32,000 nucleotides of DNA from Coprobacillaceae bacterium (GCA_963675515.1 OY776328.1:720001-752000); one strand, 5' to 3'. Positions 7,911-17,822 are shown, counted from the first letter of the stretch. Made by a program: numbers and translations. Notes: generated from the letters alone by a model not told the origin.

Positions 7911-9194
7911 TTGAAATTTATCGATAAAGCTAATATTCACGTCGAGTCTGGCAAAGGTGGCGACGGAGTTGTGGCATTCCGCCGCGAAGCCTTCGTGCCG
8001 AAGGGTGGTCCGGCTGGTGGTGACGGTGGAAAAGGCGGCTCAGTCATCTTTGAAGCGACGACATCACTGACGACCTTGTTGGACCTCAAGTACAACCGCG
8101 AATACAAGGCCAAACCGGGACAAAACGGGATGCCTAAAAAATGTCATGGTGCCGATGCCAAGGATCTTGTTATCCGGGTACCGGTAGGAACGGTTATTTA
8201 TGACAAGGAGACCGGGAAAATTCTGGCCGATCTGACAGCCGACAAACAAAAGGCGATGATCGCCAAAGGTGGACGTGGAGGTCGCGGGAACACCCGATTT
8301 GCGACTTCGCGCAATCCTGCTCCGTTGATTTGCGAACGTGGGGAACCAGGAGAAATCCTGGATCTGGTGTGCGAATTGAAACTGCTGGCTGATGTCGGCC
8401 TGGTTGGATTCCCTTCGGTGGGAAAATCGACTCTGCTTTCGGTTGTGTCACGGGCCCGTCCGGAAATCGCCGACTACCATTTCACGACAATCGTACCAAA
8501 TCTCGGTGTTGTTCAGGTTCCTGATGGACGCTCTTTCGTCATGGCCGATTTGCCGGGACTGATCGAAGGTGCGAGCCAAGGCAAGGGTCTTGGACTGCAG
8601 TTCTTGCGCCATATCGAACGGTGCCGCGTCATCGTCCATGTCATCGACATGGGGGCGACCGAGGGTCGCGATCCTTATGACGACTATGTCAAGATCAATG
8701 AGGAACTGGGACAGTACAAATACGACCTGCTGGCGCGTCCGCAGATAATAGTCGCAAACAAGATGGATGAGGAGAATGCACAAGACAATCTGAAGCGTTT
8801 CAAGGAACAGCTCAAGGAAGATTATCCGGTATTCCCGATCAGCGCGATCATCCATGAAGGGGTCGACCAGGTGCTTTATGCCGTGGCTGACGCTCTTGAC
8901 AAAGTGGCGATTGCCGGCGAAGAAGTTGACGTCGACAATGTGGTTGAATACACTTTCGCCAAGGATGTCGAGAAACCATTCACTATTGTCAACGAAGGCA
9001 ATGGTATGTGGCTGATCAAAGGCAAGAAAATCGAACGTCTGGTGGCGATGACTTCGCTTGTGTCGGACGATTCGATCAAACGTCTGTCAATTCAAATGCG
9101 TAACATGGGTATTGACGACGCACTGCGTGAAGCTGGCGTGCAAAACGGCGACAGCGTCCGTATCCTGGATTTCGAATTCGAGTTCATGGAGTAA
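7911..9194 (+). CDS. obg: GTPase Obg (CgtA)
   Basis: [45 protein letters not shown] is the glycine-rich Obg fold. The G domain has [18 protein letters not shown] and NKMD. A C-terminal OCT/TGS-like domain is present. The TTG start lies 7 nt after AAGGAGG. Confidence 0.95.
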   Translation: MKFIDKANIHVESGKGGDGVVAFRREAFVPKGGPAGGDGGKGGSVIFEATTSLTTLLDLKYNREYKAKPGQNGMPKKCHGADAKDLVIRVPVGTVIYDKETGKILADLTADKQKAMIAKGGRGGRGNTRFATSRNPAPLICERGEPGEILDLVCELKLLADVGLVGFPSVGKSTLLSVVSRARPEIADYHFTTIVPNLGVVQVPDGRSFVMADLPGLIEGASQGKGLGLQFLRHIERCRVIVHVIDMGATEGRDPYDDYVKINEELGQYKYDLLARPQIIVANKMDEENAQDNLKRFKEQLKEDYPVFPISAIIHEGVDQVLYAVADALDKVAIAGEEVDVDNVVEYTFAKDVEKPFTIVNEGNGMWLIKGKKIERLVAMTSLVSDDSIKRLSIQMRNMGIDDALREAGVQNGDSVRILDFEFEFME

Positions 9195-9213
9195 ATTCAA
9201 TATTGGAATATGA

Positions 9214-9247
9214 CCTCATTATGAAAATAATGGGGTTTTATTTTTTT
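9214..9247 (+). terminator. Intrinsic terminator after obg
   Basis: CCTCATTAT-GAAA-ATAATGGGG (9 bp including one G-U pair), followed by TTTTATTTTTTT. Confidence 0.8.
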
Positions 9248-9350
9248 GAGATGGAACTTTAAAACAGTCGGTGAATTTGGTACAATTAGGTGGAACAAAA
9301 TCAAGACCAAAACACCACAAATATAGGTATAATTAAGTAGAGGTGGCAAA

Positions 9351-9920
9351 ATGTACAGTTATATAAAAGGCACGATTGTGGAGACGAGTGTGGCGCATGT
9401 AGTGATTGACAATAACGGGATCGGTTATCTGGTCCATATGCCAAACGGCCTTAAGGTCAAAGTCGACCAGGAGGCAAAGCTGTTTATCTTTCAGCAGGTC
9501 AAAGAGGATGCCCTGACGCTTTTTGGCTTTCTCAATTCCGAGGAAAAGTTCTTCTTTGAAAAGCTGATCCAGGTCAAGAACATCGGACCCAAGACGGCGG
9601 TGGCCATTCTGGGGTATGATGATTTCCAGACCATTGTCGCGGCCATCGAGACCAGCGATGTGGGTTATCTCAAGAAACTGCCCGGGGTCGGACCCAAGGC
9701 GGCCCAGCAGATCATCCTGGATCTCAAGGGTAAACTTGTTGCCGGTCCGGCCGTAGCCAAAGTCAAAGGCAATGATTCCCTTGAGGAAGCCAAGGAAGTG
9801 CTTGTAGCACTGGGTTACAAAAACAATGATGTCGAAAAGGTTATCAGGATCATCGGCGACCAGAAATTGGACACCAATGGATATGTCAAAGCGGCACTGG
9901 CGATACTTGCCAGTGTCTAG
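9351..9920 (+). CDS. ruvA: Holliday junction branch migration complex subunit RuvA
   Basis: MYSYIKGTIVE...GIGYLVHMP is the OB fold. HhH motifs are present (IQVKNIGPKTAVAIL, LKKLPGVGPKAAQQI). It lies directly upstream of ruvB. Confidence 0.95.
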   Translation: MYSYIKGTIVETSVAHVVIDNNGIGYLVHMPNGLKVKVDQEAKLFIFQQVKEDALTLFGFLNSEEKFFFEKLIQVKNIGPKTAVAILGYDDFQTIVAAIETSDVGYLKKLPGVGPKAAQQIILDLKGKLVAGPAVAKVKGNDSLEEAKEVLVALGYKNNDVEKVIRIIGDQKLDTNGYVKAALAILASV

Positions 9921-9929
9921 GAGGAACGG

Positions 9930-10919
9930 ATGGAAAGAAGCAATGAATTGGATGCCAGCGCAGTCACTGAGGACGAAAGCAGTCTGCGACCGGCCAGTTT
10001 TGAGGAATATGTGGGTCAAAGCGACCTGAAGAAGAATCTGGCGATTTTCGTCCAGGCGGCCAAAATGCGTGACGAGGCACTTGACCATGTCCTGCTGTAT
10101 GGTCCGCCGGGGCTGGGAAAAACGACAATGTCGATGATTATCGCCAACGAGATGGGTTCGAACATCAAGATCACCACCGGTCCAAGCATTGAAAAGACCG
10201 GCGATCTGGTAGCGATCTTGACATCCCTGCAACCAGGCGATGTCCTGTTTATCGATGAGATCCACCGACTGTCCAAGGTTGTCGAGGAAATCCTTTACCC
10301 GGCGATGGAAGATTTCTGTGTCGATGTGGTAATCGGCAAGGAAGCGACTTCCCGCTCGATCCGGATCGACCTGCCGCCATTCACCCTGGTCGGGGCGACC
10401 ACCAGGGCCGGGGACCTGTCATCGCCGCTGCGCGACCGCTTCGGGATAATATCGAAGCTGCAGTACTATAATGAGGAGGAACTCGTCAAGATCGTCGGCC
10501 GGACCAGCCGCGTCTATGATCTTGAAATGGAGGAGTCAGCCCAACATGAGCTGGCCAAAAGATCGAGGGGGACACCCCGGATCGCCAACCGCCTGTTCCG
10601 CCGGGTGCGTGACTTCGTGACTTTCTACAACGATCCGGCCATATCCTACAAGCGGACCTTGCAGGCGCTCGAATCGCTGAAAGTTGACAGCCGCGGACTT
10701 GACGATGTCGACCATAAATATCTTTACGGCATCATTGAAAGGTTCCAGGGCGGTCCGGTCGGTCTCGAAGCGATCGCAGCCTCGATTGGCGAGGAGGCGA
10801 CGACGCTCGAGGATGTCTATGAACCTTACCTGCTCCAAATCGGCTTTATCAAAAGAACCCCCAGAGGTCGGGTCGTTACCGATGAAGCCTACCATCATCT
10901 AAGAATATCAAGAGAGTGA
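9930..10919 (+). CDS. ruvB: Holliday junction ATP-dependent DNA helicase RuvB
   Basis: [12 protein letters not shown], the Walker A motif GPPGLGKTT, the Walker B motif VLFIDEIH, and the [10 protein letters not shown] sensor region. Confidence 0.97.
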   Translation: MERSNELDASAVTEDESSLRPASFEEYVGQSDLKKNLAIFVQAAKMRDEALDHVLLYGPPGLGKTTMSMIIANEMGSNIKITTGPSIEKTGDLVAILTSLQPGDVLFIDEIHRLSKVVEEILYPAMEDFCVDVVIGKEATSRSIRIDLPPFTLVGATTRAGDLSSPLRDRFGIISKLQYYNEEELVKIVGRTSRVYDLEMEESAQHELAKRSRGTPRIANRLFRRVRDFVTFYNDPAISYKRTLQALESLKVDSRGLDDVDHKYLYGIIERFQGGPVGLEAIAASIGEEATTLEDVYEPYLLQIGFIKRTPRGRVVTDEAYHHLRISRE

Positions 10920-11392
10920 TCCTCTCTTTTTTTATGGGAAAAATCAAATATCTGGCTCTTGCGCTTCTGGTCATTGCCGCGACCTTCTATGATTTTATGG
11001 GCAATGATGGAACCGTCGAGTCGGTCGATAATGTCTGTGAAATCACCATCACCCTTTCAGGGGACTCTTCCAAGACCCTGTCGTTCGACCATCCCCCGAC
11101 AATCGCAGAGGTGCTCGAAGAGGCCCGGTTGGAAAATGTCTATGGTTTTGAAATGGCCACGGTGCTCGACAACAACCACAATCTTTATTTGAGCAGTTCG
11201 CCCGGACTGATATCATTGAACAACGCCACAAAAGATGAACTTGAATCAATCAAGGGAATCGGACCGGTAACGGCAAAGAAGATCATCGAGTACCGTACAA
11301 ATCAGCCTTTTTTGACAGTTGAGGAGATCATGGCGGTTTCGGGAATAGGGGAAAAGACATATCTCAAACTCAGGGAATTTTTGTGCCTGTGA
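10916..11392 (+). CDS. comEA: Competence protein ComEA (membrane-anchored HhH DNA receptor)
   Basis: N-terminal anchor ([14 protein letters not shown]) and a C-terminal double HhH ([27 protein letters not shown]...[16 protein letters not shown]). The start is either the GTG at 10916, overlapping the ruvB stop as GTGA, or the ATG at 10934, which has no SD. Confidence 0.8.
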   Translation: MILSFFMGKIKYLALALLVIAATFYDFMGNDGTVESVDNVCEITITLSGDSSKTLSFDHPPTIAEVLEEARLENVYGFEMATVLDNNHNLYLSSSPGLISLNNATKDELESIKGIGPVTAKKIIEYRTNQPFLTVEEIMAVSGIGEKTYLKLREFLCL

Positions 11393-13395
11393 AAAACACG
11401 CTTGTATTCTACTTCATCCCCGCCATCCTGGCTGTACTTGGCGTCAATTCGGACAAATTGTGGCTGATAATCCTGGCTGTTTACCTGGCTGTCACGATTG
11501 TCAAAGTGAAGACAATCCGGCCCGTCTTGCTGCTTGTGGTAAGCTGCTTTTTTCTGGTTTACGGCTATTTCCACCAGATTGAAAACAACAATTATGAAAA
11601 CATTGAGGGCGTCGTGGAATCGATCGAGGCCAACCGGGCAGTTGTCGCCACCAAGTCAACGAAGATCCTTGTCTATTTCGACAAGGCGGCTTTTGACAAT
11701 GATGATATTGTCTCGATGACTTTGGCTCCTCTGACAAGTACAGTCTACAAAAACCCCGGGGCTTTCGATTACCCCGGTTATCTAAAGACCCAGGGAATAT
11801 CCCAGAGCGCCTGGATGGAATCTGTTGAAGTGATTGAAAAAAGGACGGGCCTCAAGGATTTGCTGGCTCGACGATTCCAGGAGGACTCACTTGTAAACTC
11901 ATACTCGAAAATGTTCATCCTGGGGGTCAAGGATGACAATATCGACTCGACCGGGATGGTAGAATTGTCAATAATCCATCTTTTCGCTCTATCGGGCATG
12001 CACCTTGAATATCTCAGGGATCTTATCAAAAAGATCGTCGGTTACTTTGTCGATCGTAGCTATCTGGATGGAATCAGCTATATCCTGATTGGAACATACC
12101 TGTTCAATATTCCTTTGAATATCGCATTCACCAGGGCCTTTGGGGTGGGCTTGTTCCATTGGCTGTTCAAGGATCGGCTCAACCGGCTCGACTGCCTGGC
12201 ACTGGTCGGCCTGATTTTTCTTCTCAAAAACCCTTACGTGATCTTCAGCCTCAGCTTCATATTTTCGTTCGCGGTTTATTTTATCCTTCTGCTTCTTGGC
12301 AAATGCAAATTTTCCGATTTTCTTTTGTATCTGGGATCAGTGCCGTTGATAATTGCGGTCAATTACCGGGTCAACCTGCTTGGGATGGTCCTGGCCATAA
12401 TCCTTGGCCCGTTTGTCAGGTGGTTTTACATTCTGTTGCTTGTCAACGCGATTATGGGTGGCTGGATTGGCTTATTTGCGGATGTTTTCATCTCGACCTT
12501 CGAAAACATCATGGCCCTGGCGACCCATTTTTCGCTCTTTTTGAACTTTGGCAGTCCTGGCCCGGCGTTTCTTGTCGCTTACTATATATGCTATTTTGCC
12601 CTGGTCTTAAGGATCAACGCCAATCTCAAAATCAAAAATGACATTATCGCTTTGGTCGGATTGACGCTGGGCTATTCGCTGTTTTTGACATTCAGTCCGG
12701 TTGGTCAAGTGGTAATGATCGATGTCGGCCAGGGTGATAGTTTCTTGATCAAACAGCCATTCAACCGGGGCAACATCCTGATCGATACCGGGGGGAACAC
12801 CAGCTTTGACCTGGCTGGAAATGTCACAGTTCCCTACATGCGATCCCTTGGGGTCTTCGATCTTGATTGTGTCATTTTGAGCCACGATGATTATGACCAC
12901 AGCGGCGCCTATGAAAGTCTTGGATCGCTGATGCCCATAGGCGATACGATCAGGGAGCATGTTGGAATGATTGTTGTCGGTGATTTGCGTTTCGATATTC
13001 TGGAGCTGCCTGTCTATGGAAACAAGAACGACAACTCCCTGGTCGTTCATGTCAATATCAACAACCTGGATTACCTTTTTCTAGGTGATGTTTCCAAGGA
13101 GGTGGAAGAGCGGATTGTCGAAGATTATCCGGATCTTGAAGTCGATGTCATCAAGGTGGGCCACCACGGCTCGCCCACTTCGACAAGCGAATCTTTGATT
13201 CGGGCCACGAGGCCAAAACTTGCCCTGATATCGGTGGGCGCGGACAATCCATACAACCACCCAAGTGTCGAAGTTGTGTCCTTGCTTGAAAGCTATGGTT
13301 CAATGATCCACCGCACCGACATCGACGGCTCCTTGACGATCAGTTACCTGCCGTTTTCAAGAAATTATCTTTTTCCCTATCGGAGTCAATTGTGA
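11383..13395 (+). CDS. comEC: DNA internalization competence protein ComEC/Rec2
   Basis: A large polytopic membrane protein with a C-terminal metallo-beta-lactamase domain (VVMIDVGQGDSFLI, SHDDYDHSG, VGHHGS). It overlaps the comEA stop. Confidence 0.9.
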   Translation: MPVKNTLVFYFIPAILAVLGVNSDKLWLIILAVYLAVTIVKVKTIRPVLLLVVSCFFLVYGYFHQIENNNYENIEGVVESIEANRAVVATKSTKILVYFDKAAFDNDDIVSMTLAPLTSTVYKNPGAFDYPGYLKTQGISQSAWMESVEVIEKRTGLKDLLARRFQEDSLVNSYSKMFILGVKDDNIDSTGMVELSIIHLFALSGMHLEYLRDLIKKIVGYFVDRSYLDGISYILIGTYLFNIPLNIAFTRAFGVGLFHWLFKDRLNRLDCLALVGLIFLLKNPYVIFSLSFIFSFAVYFILLLLGKCKFSDFLLYLGSVPLIIAVNYRVNLLGMVLAIILGPFVRWFYILLLVNAIMGGWIGLFADVFISTFENIMALATHFSLFLNFGSPGPAFLVAYYICYFALVLRINANLKIKNDIIALVGLTLGYSLFLTFSPVGQVVMIDVGQGDSFLIKQPFNRGNILIDTGGNTSFDLAGNVTVPYMRSLGVFDLDCVILSHDDYDHSGAYESLGSLMPIGDTIREHVGMIVVGDLRFDILELPVYGNKNDNSLVVHVNINNLDYLFLGDVSKEVEERIVEDYPDLEVDVIKVGHHGSPTSTSESLIRATRPKLALISVGADNPYNHPSVEVVSLLESYGSMIHRTDIDGSLTISYLPFSRNYLFPYRSQL

Positions 13396-13427
13396 TATAA
13401 TGACAATACTGCAAGTGGGGTGAGAAG

Positions 13428-14375
13428 ATGATATTTGTGATATATGGACAGGAAAATTATTTGATGGAAAAGCAGCTTGAGGCGCTCAAAAAGAAGCTCG
13501 ACTGCCATGAGGAACTGCTCAATTACAGCAGCTACGACCTGGAACGGGCCCCTATCGAGGCGATCATCCAGGACCTGGCGACACCGGGATTCCTGTCGGA
13601 AAACAAGATGGTTGTGGTTAGGAATCCTTTGTTTCTGACCGGTGTTAAAAGCAAAGTCCAGGTGGATGATGCCAAGGTGCAAAAATGCCTGGAATTGTCA
13701 GATGACAACAATCACCTTGTATTATTTTTGAATCATGAAAAGCTCGACGAACGCAAGAAGATTGTCAAACAGCTCAATCAGAGCGCCAAGATATACAAGT
13801 TCGCACCGCTTACCCACCAGAAGTTATCGGACAGCTACCGCCAGATGATTGCCAAGCGCCTTTGTACAATCACCGATGATGCGCTTGAACTGCTGCTCCA
13901 GCGTCATAGTGGCGGATTGCTTGAAGCGATTGCGAATGTCGAAAAACTGACCCTGTATACCAAAAATATCGACCGCGACGCAGTGGCCAAGGTCATTTTG
14001 AAGCCTTTGGAAGAAAATGTGTTCGAGCTCCAAAATGCGATATTGAAAAAGGACCGGGCCAGGATGTTCGGGATTTACCACGATCTTATGGTGCTAAACG
14101 AGGAACCTGTCAAACTGATTGTTTTGCTTGGTAATGCCTTGCGGCTGTTGTACCAGGTCAGCCTGCTCGACCGCAAAGGTTACAATGACGGAGAAATTGC
14201 GAAGATGCTTAACATCAACCGCTTTCGTCTCAAATACATCCGGGAGGACAGCTCTCACCACAGTCTTGAAGCGATTCAGGAATTGTTGAACCGGCTCGCC
14301 CAACTGGATTTCCAAATCAAAACAGGGAGAATCGATAAGAAACTCGGCTTCGAGTTGTTTTTATTGAAAATATGA
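13428..14375 (+). CDS. holA: DNA polymerase III subunit delta
   Basis: About 315 aa with N-terminus IFVIYGQENYLMEKQL. It follows comEC as in B. subtilis (yqeN/holA). The later segments are consistent with delta domain III. Confidence 0.8.
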   Translation: MIFVIYGQENYLMEKQLEALKKKLDCHEELLNYSSYDLERAPIEAIIQDLATPGFLSENKMVVVRNPLFLTGVKSKVQVDDAKVQKCLELSDDNNHLVLFLNHEKLDERKKIVKQLNQSAKIYKFAPLTHQKLSDSYRQMIAKRLCTITDDALELLLQRHSGGLLEAIANVEKLTLYTKNIDRDAVAKVILKPLEENVFELQNAILKKDRARMFGIYHDLMVLNEEPVKLIVLLGNALRLLYQVSLLDRKGYNDGEIAKMLNINRFRLKYIREDSSHHSLEAIQELLNRLAQLDFQIKTGRIDKKLGFELFLLKI

Positions 14376-15589
14376 CAATGGAATCAATCAAGGAACTATT
14401 CAAAATCGGTCTTGGACCATCTTCTTCGCATACGATGGGGCCCAACCGGGCAGCCAAAGCGATAAAAGAAAAATACGGATCTGACAAGGATTATGTAGTG
14501 ACCCTGCATGGATCATTGGCCCTGACAGGGAAAGGCCATCTGACTGACCAGGCCATTTTGAGGGTGCTTGGACCGGAGCACTGCAAAATAATATTCGATC
14601 CGACCTTCATGGATTACCACCCCAATGCCATGGCCTTCGAAGTGTTCGACAAGGGCGAGATGATCGCCAAAGAGATTGTCTATTCCGTGGGTGGTGGAAC
14701 CCTGGTTTTTGAAGGTGAAAGCGCAGGCTTGAAAAAAGAGGTTTATCACCATCAGAATTTCGCATCAGTCAAGGAATACATCGAAGACAACGGAATATCA
14801 TTGTACGAATATGTCCTGCTTTGTGAAGACGACGACCTCAAAGACTATCTTAAAAAAGTGATCGAGACCATGTTCGAGGCGGTCGAGCAGGGTCTCAAGG
14901 CAACAGGCACATTGCCCGGGAAATTGAAGCTTGAAAGGGTTGCCCGTTCGATTCATCAGCACGCCCTTAACACCCGCGAGTGCAATGACCGCAAGCGCCT
15001 TTTGATTTCGGCCTATTCCTACGCTGTGACCGAACAGAACGCCTCGGGACATACTATTGTAACCGCACCGACCTGCGGGGCCAGCGGAGTCATCCCGGCA
15101 ATCCTGTACTATTATCACCGCAATGAAAATATGGCAATCGAGGATCTGATCCCGGTCCTTTGTGTCATGGGGCTGGTCGGAAATGTCATCAAGAAAAACG
15201 CGACGATTTCCGGCGCCGACGGGGGCTGCCAGGCTGAGATCGGGTCGGCCTGCGCGATGGGGGCGGCAGGAGTGGCCTGGATCCTGGAGCTCAACAACTC
15301 GCTGATCGAATATGCGGCTGAAATGGGGCTGGAACACAACCTCGGGCTGACCTGCGATCCGGTTGGCGGATATGTGCAGATTCCGTGCATCGAACGCAAT
15401 GGGTTTGCCGCTTTGCGGGCGATCGACAGCGCCATGTATGCCAAACAGCTGGGGTATCTTAGGAAGAACCGCGTCAGTCTCGATGCGGTGATCAACGTGA
15501 TGAAGAACACTGGCAAGGACCTCAACGCAGCCTACAAGGAAACGTCGCTGGGCGGCTTGGCCAAGGAGTTGCTCGTAGATGAAGACTGA
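14372..15589 (+). CDS. sdaA: L-serine ammonia-lyase (iron-sulfur dependent), single-chain form
   Basis: It has the N-terminal signature FKIGLGPSSSHTMGP and the alpha-domain motifs TAPTCGASGVIPA and GGCQAEIGSAC, which are Fe-S cysteine contexts. Confidence 0.85.
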   Translation: MTMESIKELFKIGLGPSSSHTMGPNRAAKAIKEKYGSDKDYVVTLHGSLALTGKGHLTDQAILRVLGPEHCKIIFDPTFMDYHPNAMAFEVFDKGEMIAKEIVYSVGGGTLVFEGESAGLKKEVYHHQNFASVKEYIEDNGISLYEYVLLCEDDDLKDYLKKVIETMFEAVEQGLKATGTLPGKLKLERVARSIHQHALNTRECNDRKRLLISAYSYAVTEQNASGHTIVTAPTCGASGVIPAILYYYHRNENMAIEDLIPVLCVMGLVGNVIKKNATISGADGGCQAEIGSACAMGAAGVAWILELNNSLIEYAAEMGLEHNLGLTCDPVGGYVQIPCIERNGFAALRAIDSAMYAKQLGYLRKNRVSLDAVINVMKNTGKDLNAAYKETSLGGLAKELLVDED

Positions 15590-16664
15590 AAGCCTCTATG
15601 TCCATATCCCTTTTTGCGACAATATCTGCAGCTACTGCGATTTTGCCAAGGTGTATTATGATGAGGATCTTGCCGATCGCTACCTTGACGCTTTGCTTGA
15701 TGAGCTGCAGCTCCGGGCCACAGGCAAGTTCAAAACTGTCTACGTAGGCGGGGGGACCCCTTCTGCCCTTAGCGATGGGCAACTTGAAAAACTGCTTTTA
15801 GGAATTGGTGTCTATCTTGAAGGTGGAGCCGAATTCACCATCGAGGCCAATCCCGAATCGCTCACCTGCACCAAGATCGGCCTGCTGCAAAGATACCGGG
15901 TGAACCGGGTCTCGCTGGGAGTCCAGACATTCAATGAGAAGCTGCTCAAGTCGCTCAACCGCAGGCATGACAATGCCATGGTGGACGAGGTTGTGACTTC
16001 GTTGAAGCTCGCTGGCATCTTTAACATCAATATCGATCTGATGTATGGTCTTAAAGGTCAGACAATCAGCGACATCAAGGATGATCTTGAACGGTTTGCG
16101 GATTTGGATGTGCCCCATATCTCATATTACAGTCTGATTCTCGAAGCGCACACGATGATCGCCCGGGAGAATTATCCCGAGCTCGACGACCAGAGCCTTG
16201 GTGAAATATCGAAACTGATAGACGGCTACCTGGTGGAACATGGTTATGATCATTACGAAATTTCCAATTATGCCAGGCCTGGTTTCCAGTCCCGACATAA
16301 CCTGGCGTACTGGCATTATCGCAACTATCTGGGCATCGGTGTCGGGGCCGCGAGCAAGATCGACAATTTGATCATCTCGAACAACCGCAACCTTTACAGG
16401 TATATTGACCGCAAAGACATCCGGGAAATCGAAGAGCTAAGCAAAGATGAGACGATGTTCAACCATATAATGATGGGTATGAGGCTCAAGTCGGGCCTGG
16501 ATCTTGGCGATTTCAAGGAACGTTACCAGGTCGATTTTCAAAAACGATACGAAAAAGTTCTGGCAAAGCACCTTGGCAAGACCATGGAAGTCAGGGATGG
16601 CTTTTTGGTCTTGAGCGATGTCGCCTACGACAATCTCAACTCCATACTGGTGGATTTTTTATGA
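15579..16664 (+). CDS. hemW: Radical SAM heme chaperone HemW (HemN-like)
   Basis: LYVHIPFCDNICSYCDF contains the CxxxCxxC radical SAM cluster. GGGTPS is present, along with a C-terminal HemN_C-like domain. It lies upstream of hrcA as in Bacillus. Confidence 0.85.
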   Translation: MKTESLYVHIPFCDNICSYCDFAKVYYDEDLADRYLDALLDELQLRATGKFKTVYVGGGTPSALSDGQLEKLLLGIGVYLEGGAEFTIEANPESLTCTKIGLLQRYRVNRVSLGVQTFNEKLLKSLNRRHDNAMVDEVVTSLKLAGIFNINIDLMYGLKGQTISDIKDDLERFADLDVPHISYYSLILEAHTMIARENYPELDDQSLGEISKLIDGYLVEHGYDHYEISNYARPGFQSRHNLAYWHYRNYLGIGVGAASKIDNLIISNNRNLYRYIDRKDIREIEELSKDETMFNHIMMGMRLKSGLDLGDFKERYQVDFQKRYEKVLAKHLGKTMEVRDGFLVLSDVAYDNLNSILVDFL

Positions 16665-16677
16665 TCCGCCTTTTTTT
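16649..16677 (+). terminator. Possible terminator overlapping the hemW stop
   Basis: GGTGGAT-N8-ATCCGCC (one G-U pair), followed by TTTTTTT. Confidence 0.45.
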
Positions 16678-16701
16678 GTGCGTTTGATAATCCTGACGTT
16701 T

Positions 16702-16728
16702 TTAGCACGGAAATGTTGACAGTGCTAA
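16702..16728 (+). promoter_or_regulatory. CIRCE operator 1 (HrcA binding site), overlapping the -35
   Basis: TTAGCACGG-AAATGTTGA-CAGTGCTAA compared with the consensus TTAGCACTC-N9-GAGTGCTAA. Confidence 0.85.
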
Positions 16729-16743
16729 AATATTATGTATAAT
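16716..16743 (+). promoter_or_regulatory. Sigma-A promoter of the hrcA-grpE-dnaK-dnaJ operon
   Basis: TTGACA (16716-16721), a 16-nt spacer, then TATAAT (16738-16743). Confidence 0.7.
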
Positions 16744-16747
16744 ATAG

Positions 16748-16774
16748 TTAGCACAAAGGAAACATGAGTGCTAA
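16748..16774 (+). promoter_or_regulatory. CIRCE operator 2 (HrcA binding site), in the 5' UTR
   Basis: TTAGCACAA-AGGAAACAT-GAGTGCTAA. It ends 2 nt before the AGGAGG SD. Confidence 0.9.
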
Positions 16775-16787
16775 AGGAGGTGGTTCA

Positions 16788-17822
16788 ATGTTGACACAAC
16801 GCCAATTGATGATATTCAAATGCATTGTAGAGGATTTTATTGAGACAGCGGAACCGGTTGGTTCTAAGACATTGATGACCAAGTACAAGCTTCCTTATTC
16901 TAGTGCGACAATTCGCAATGAAATGAGCTTCCTGGAGAACTATGGCTATCTTGAAAAGACCCATACCTCATCAGGACGGATCCCCTCAAAGGAGGGCTAT
17001 CGGTTTTACATCGACAACCTCGAGCACGGTGATGTCGACAGTGCCTTCAAGGAGCAGGTTACCGCTATCGTATCCCGCCATTCCCAGTCCCTGACCCAGG
17101 TTATCAAGGAATGCTGCGAGATGCTAAGCGAGGTGACTTCGCTGACAACTGTGGCTTTGGGAAGGGAATCGAATCTCGATACACTCCAGAGAATCACGAT
17201 TGTGCCTTTGTCGGATCAGCAGATAACCACGATCATCGTCACTTCCAAAGGTTATGTCCAGAACAAGATTTTCAACATCGACACCCAGGAGTACATGGAT
17301 GATGTTATCTCCTGTGTCAATGTCATGAACGAGATGCTTGTGGGGACACCGATCGACAGTGTCGCTTTCAGGTTGGAAAACGATGTTAAGCCAAAGCTTT
17401 CGAGCAGGGTCCGGGCCCATCAGGAATTGTTCAATGCCTTTCTGGAGTCGTTTGTGAAATTCGCCCAGACGCACATGTATCTTTCAGGCAAGGAGAACAT
17501 GCTCTATCAGCCCGAATACAATGACGTCGAGAAGCTGCGACAGCTGGTGACCGCGTTTGAAAGTGCCAATTTTTTTGACAATATTGGTCTGCTCAACAAC
17601 TCGGAAGGAGTGACCATCAAGATCGGCAACAATCTGATTGCCAACGAAATTGATGATGTCGCTGTTGTCTCCGCGAATTTCAAATCTGGTAACAACTCGA
17701 AAGGCTCCATTGCGGTAATCGGTCCGACTAGAATGCCTTATGAAAAGGTAGTGTCTTTAGTTGAATATGTTTCTAAGAGTATCGAACATCTGATCAACGA
17801 AGATAATGAAGATGAAAATTGA
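16788..17822 (+). CDS. hrcA: Heat-inducible transcription repressor HrcA
   Basis: MLTQRQLMIFKCIVEDFIETAEPVGSKTL is a canonical HrcA N-terminus. The ATG at 16788 follows AAGGAGGTG. The ORF-track start at 16764 lies inside CIRCE 2. Confidence 0.95.
   Translation: MLTQRQLMIFKCIVEDFIETAEPVGSKTLMTKYKLPYSSATIRNEMSFLENYGYLEKTHTSSGRIPSKEGYRFYIDNLEHGDVDSAFKEQVTAIVSRHSQSLTQVIKECCEMLSEVTSLTTVALGRESNLDTLQRITIVPLSDQQITTIIVTSKGYVQNKIFNIDTQEYMDDVISCVNVMNEMLVGTPIDSVAFRLENDVKPKLSSRVRAHQELFNAFLESFVKFAQTHMYLSGKENMLYQPEYNDVEKLRQLVTAFESANFFDNIGLLNNSEGVTIKIGNNLIANEIDDVAVVSANFKSGNNSKGSIAVIGPTRMPYEKVVSLVEYVSKSIEHLINEDNEDEN

Noticed and set aside
10608-10623. Tandem CGTGACTT CGTGACTT inside ruvB, matching the half-site of the IS hairpins (CGTGACTT).
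   Set aside because: It is a direct repeat rather than an inverted one, so it forms no hairpin. It lies in conserved coding sequence (RVRDFVTFY), so the similarity is coincidental.
10900-10907. TAAGAATA just upstream of comEA, resembling the streptococcal ComX cin-box TACGAATA.
   Set aside because: An 8-mer with one mismatch is expected many times by chance in 32 kb on two strands. There is no upstream T-rich tract, it lies inside ruvB coding sequence, and nothing indicates this organism uses a ComX-type sigma factor.
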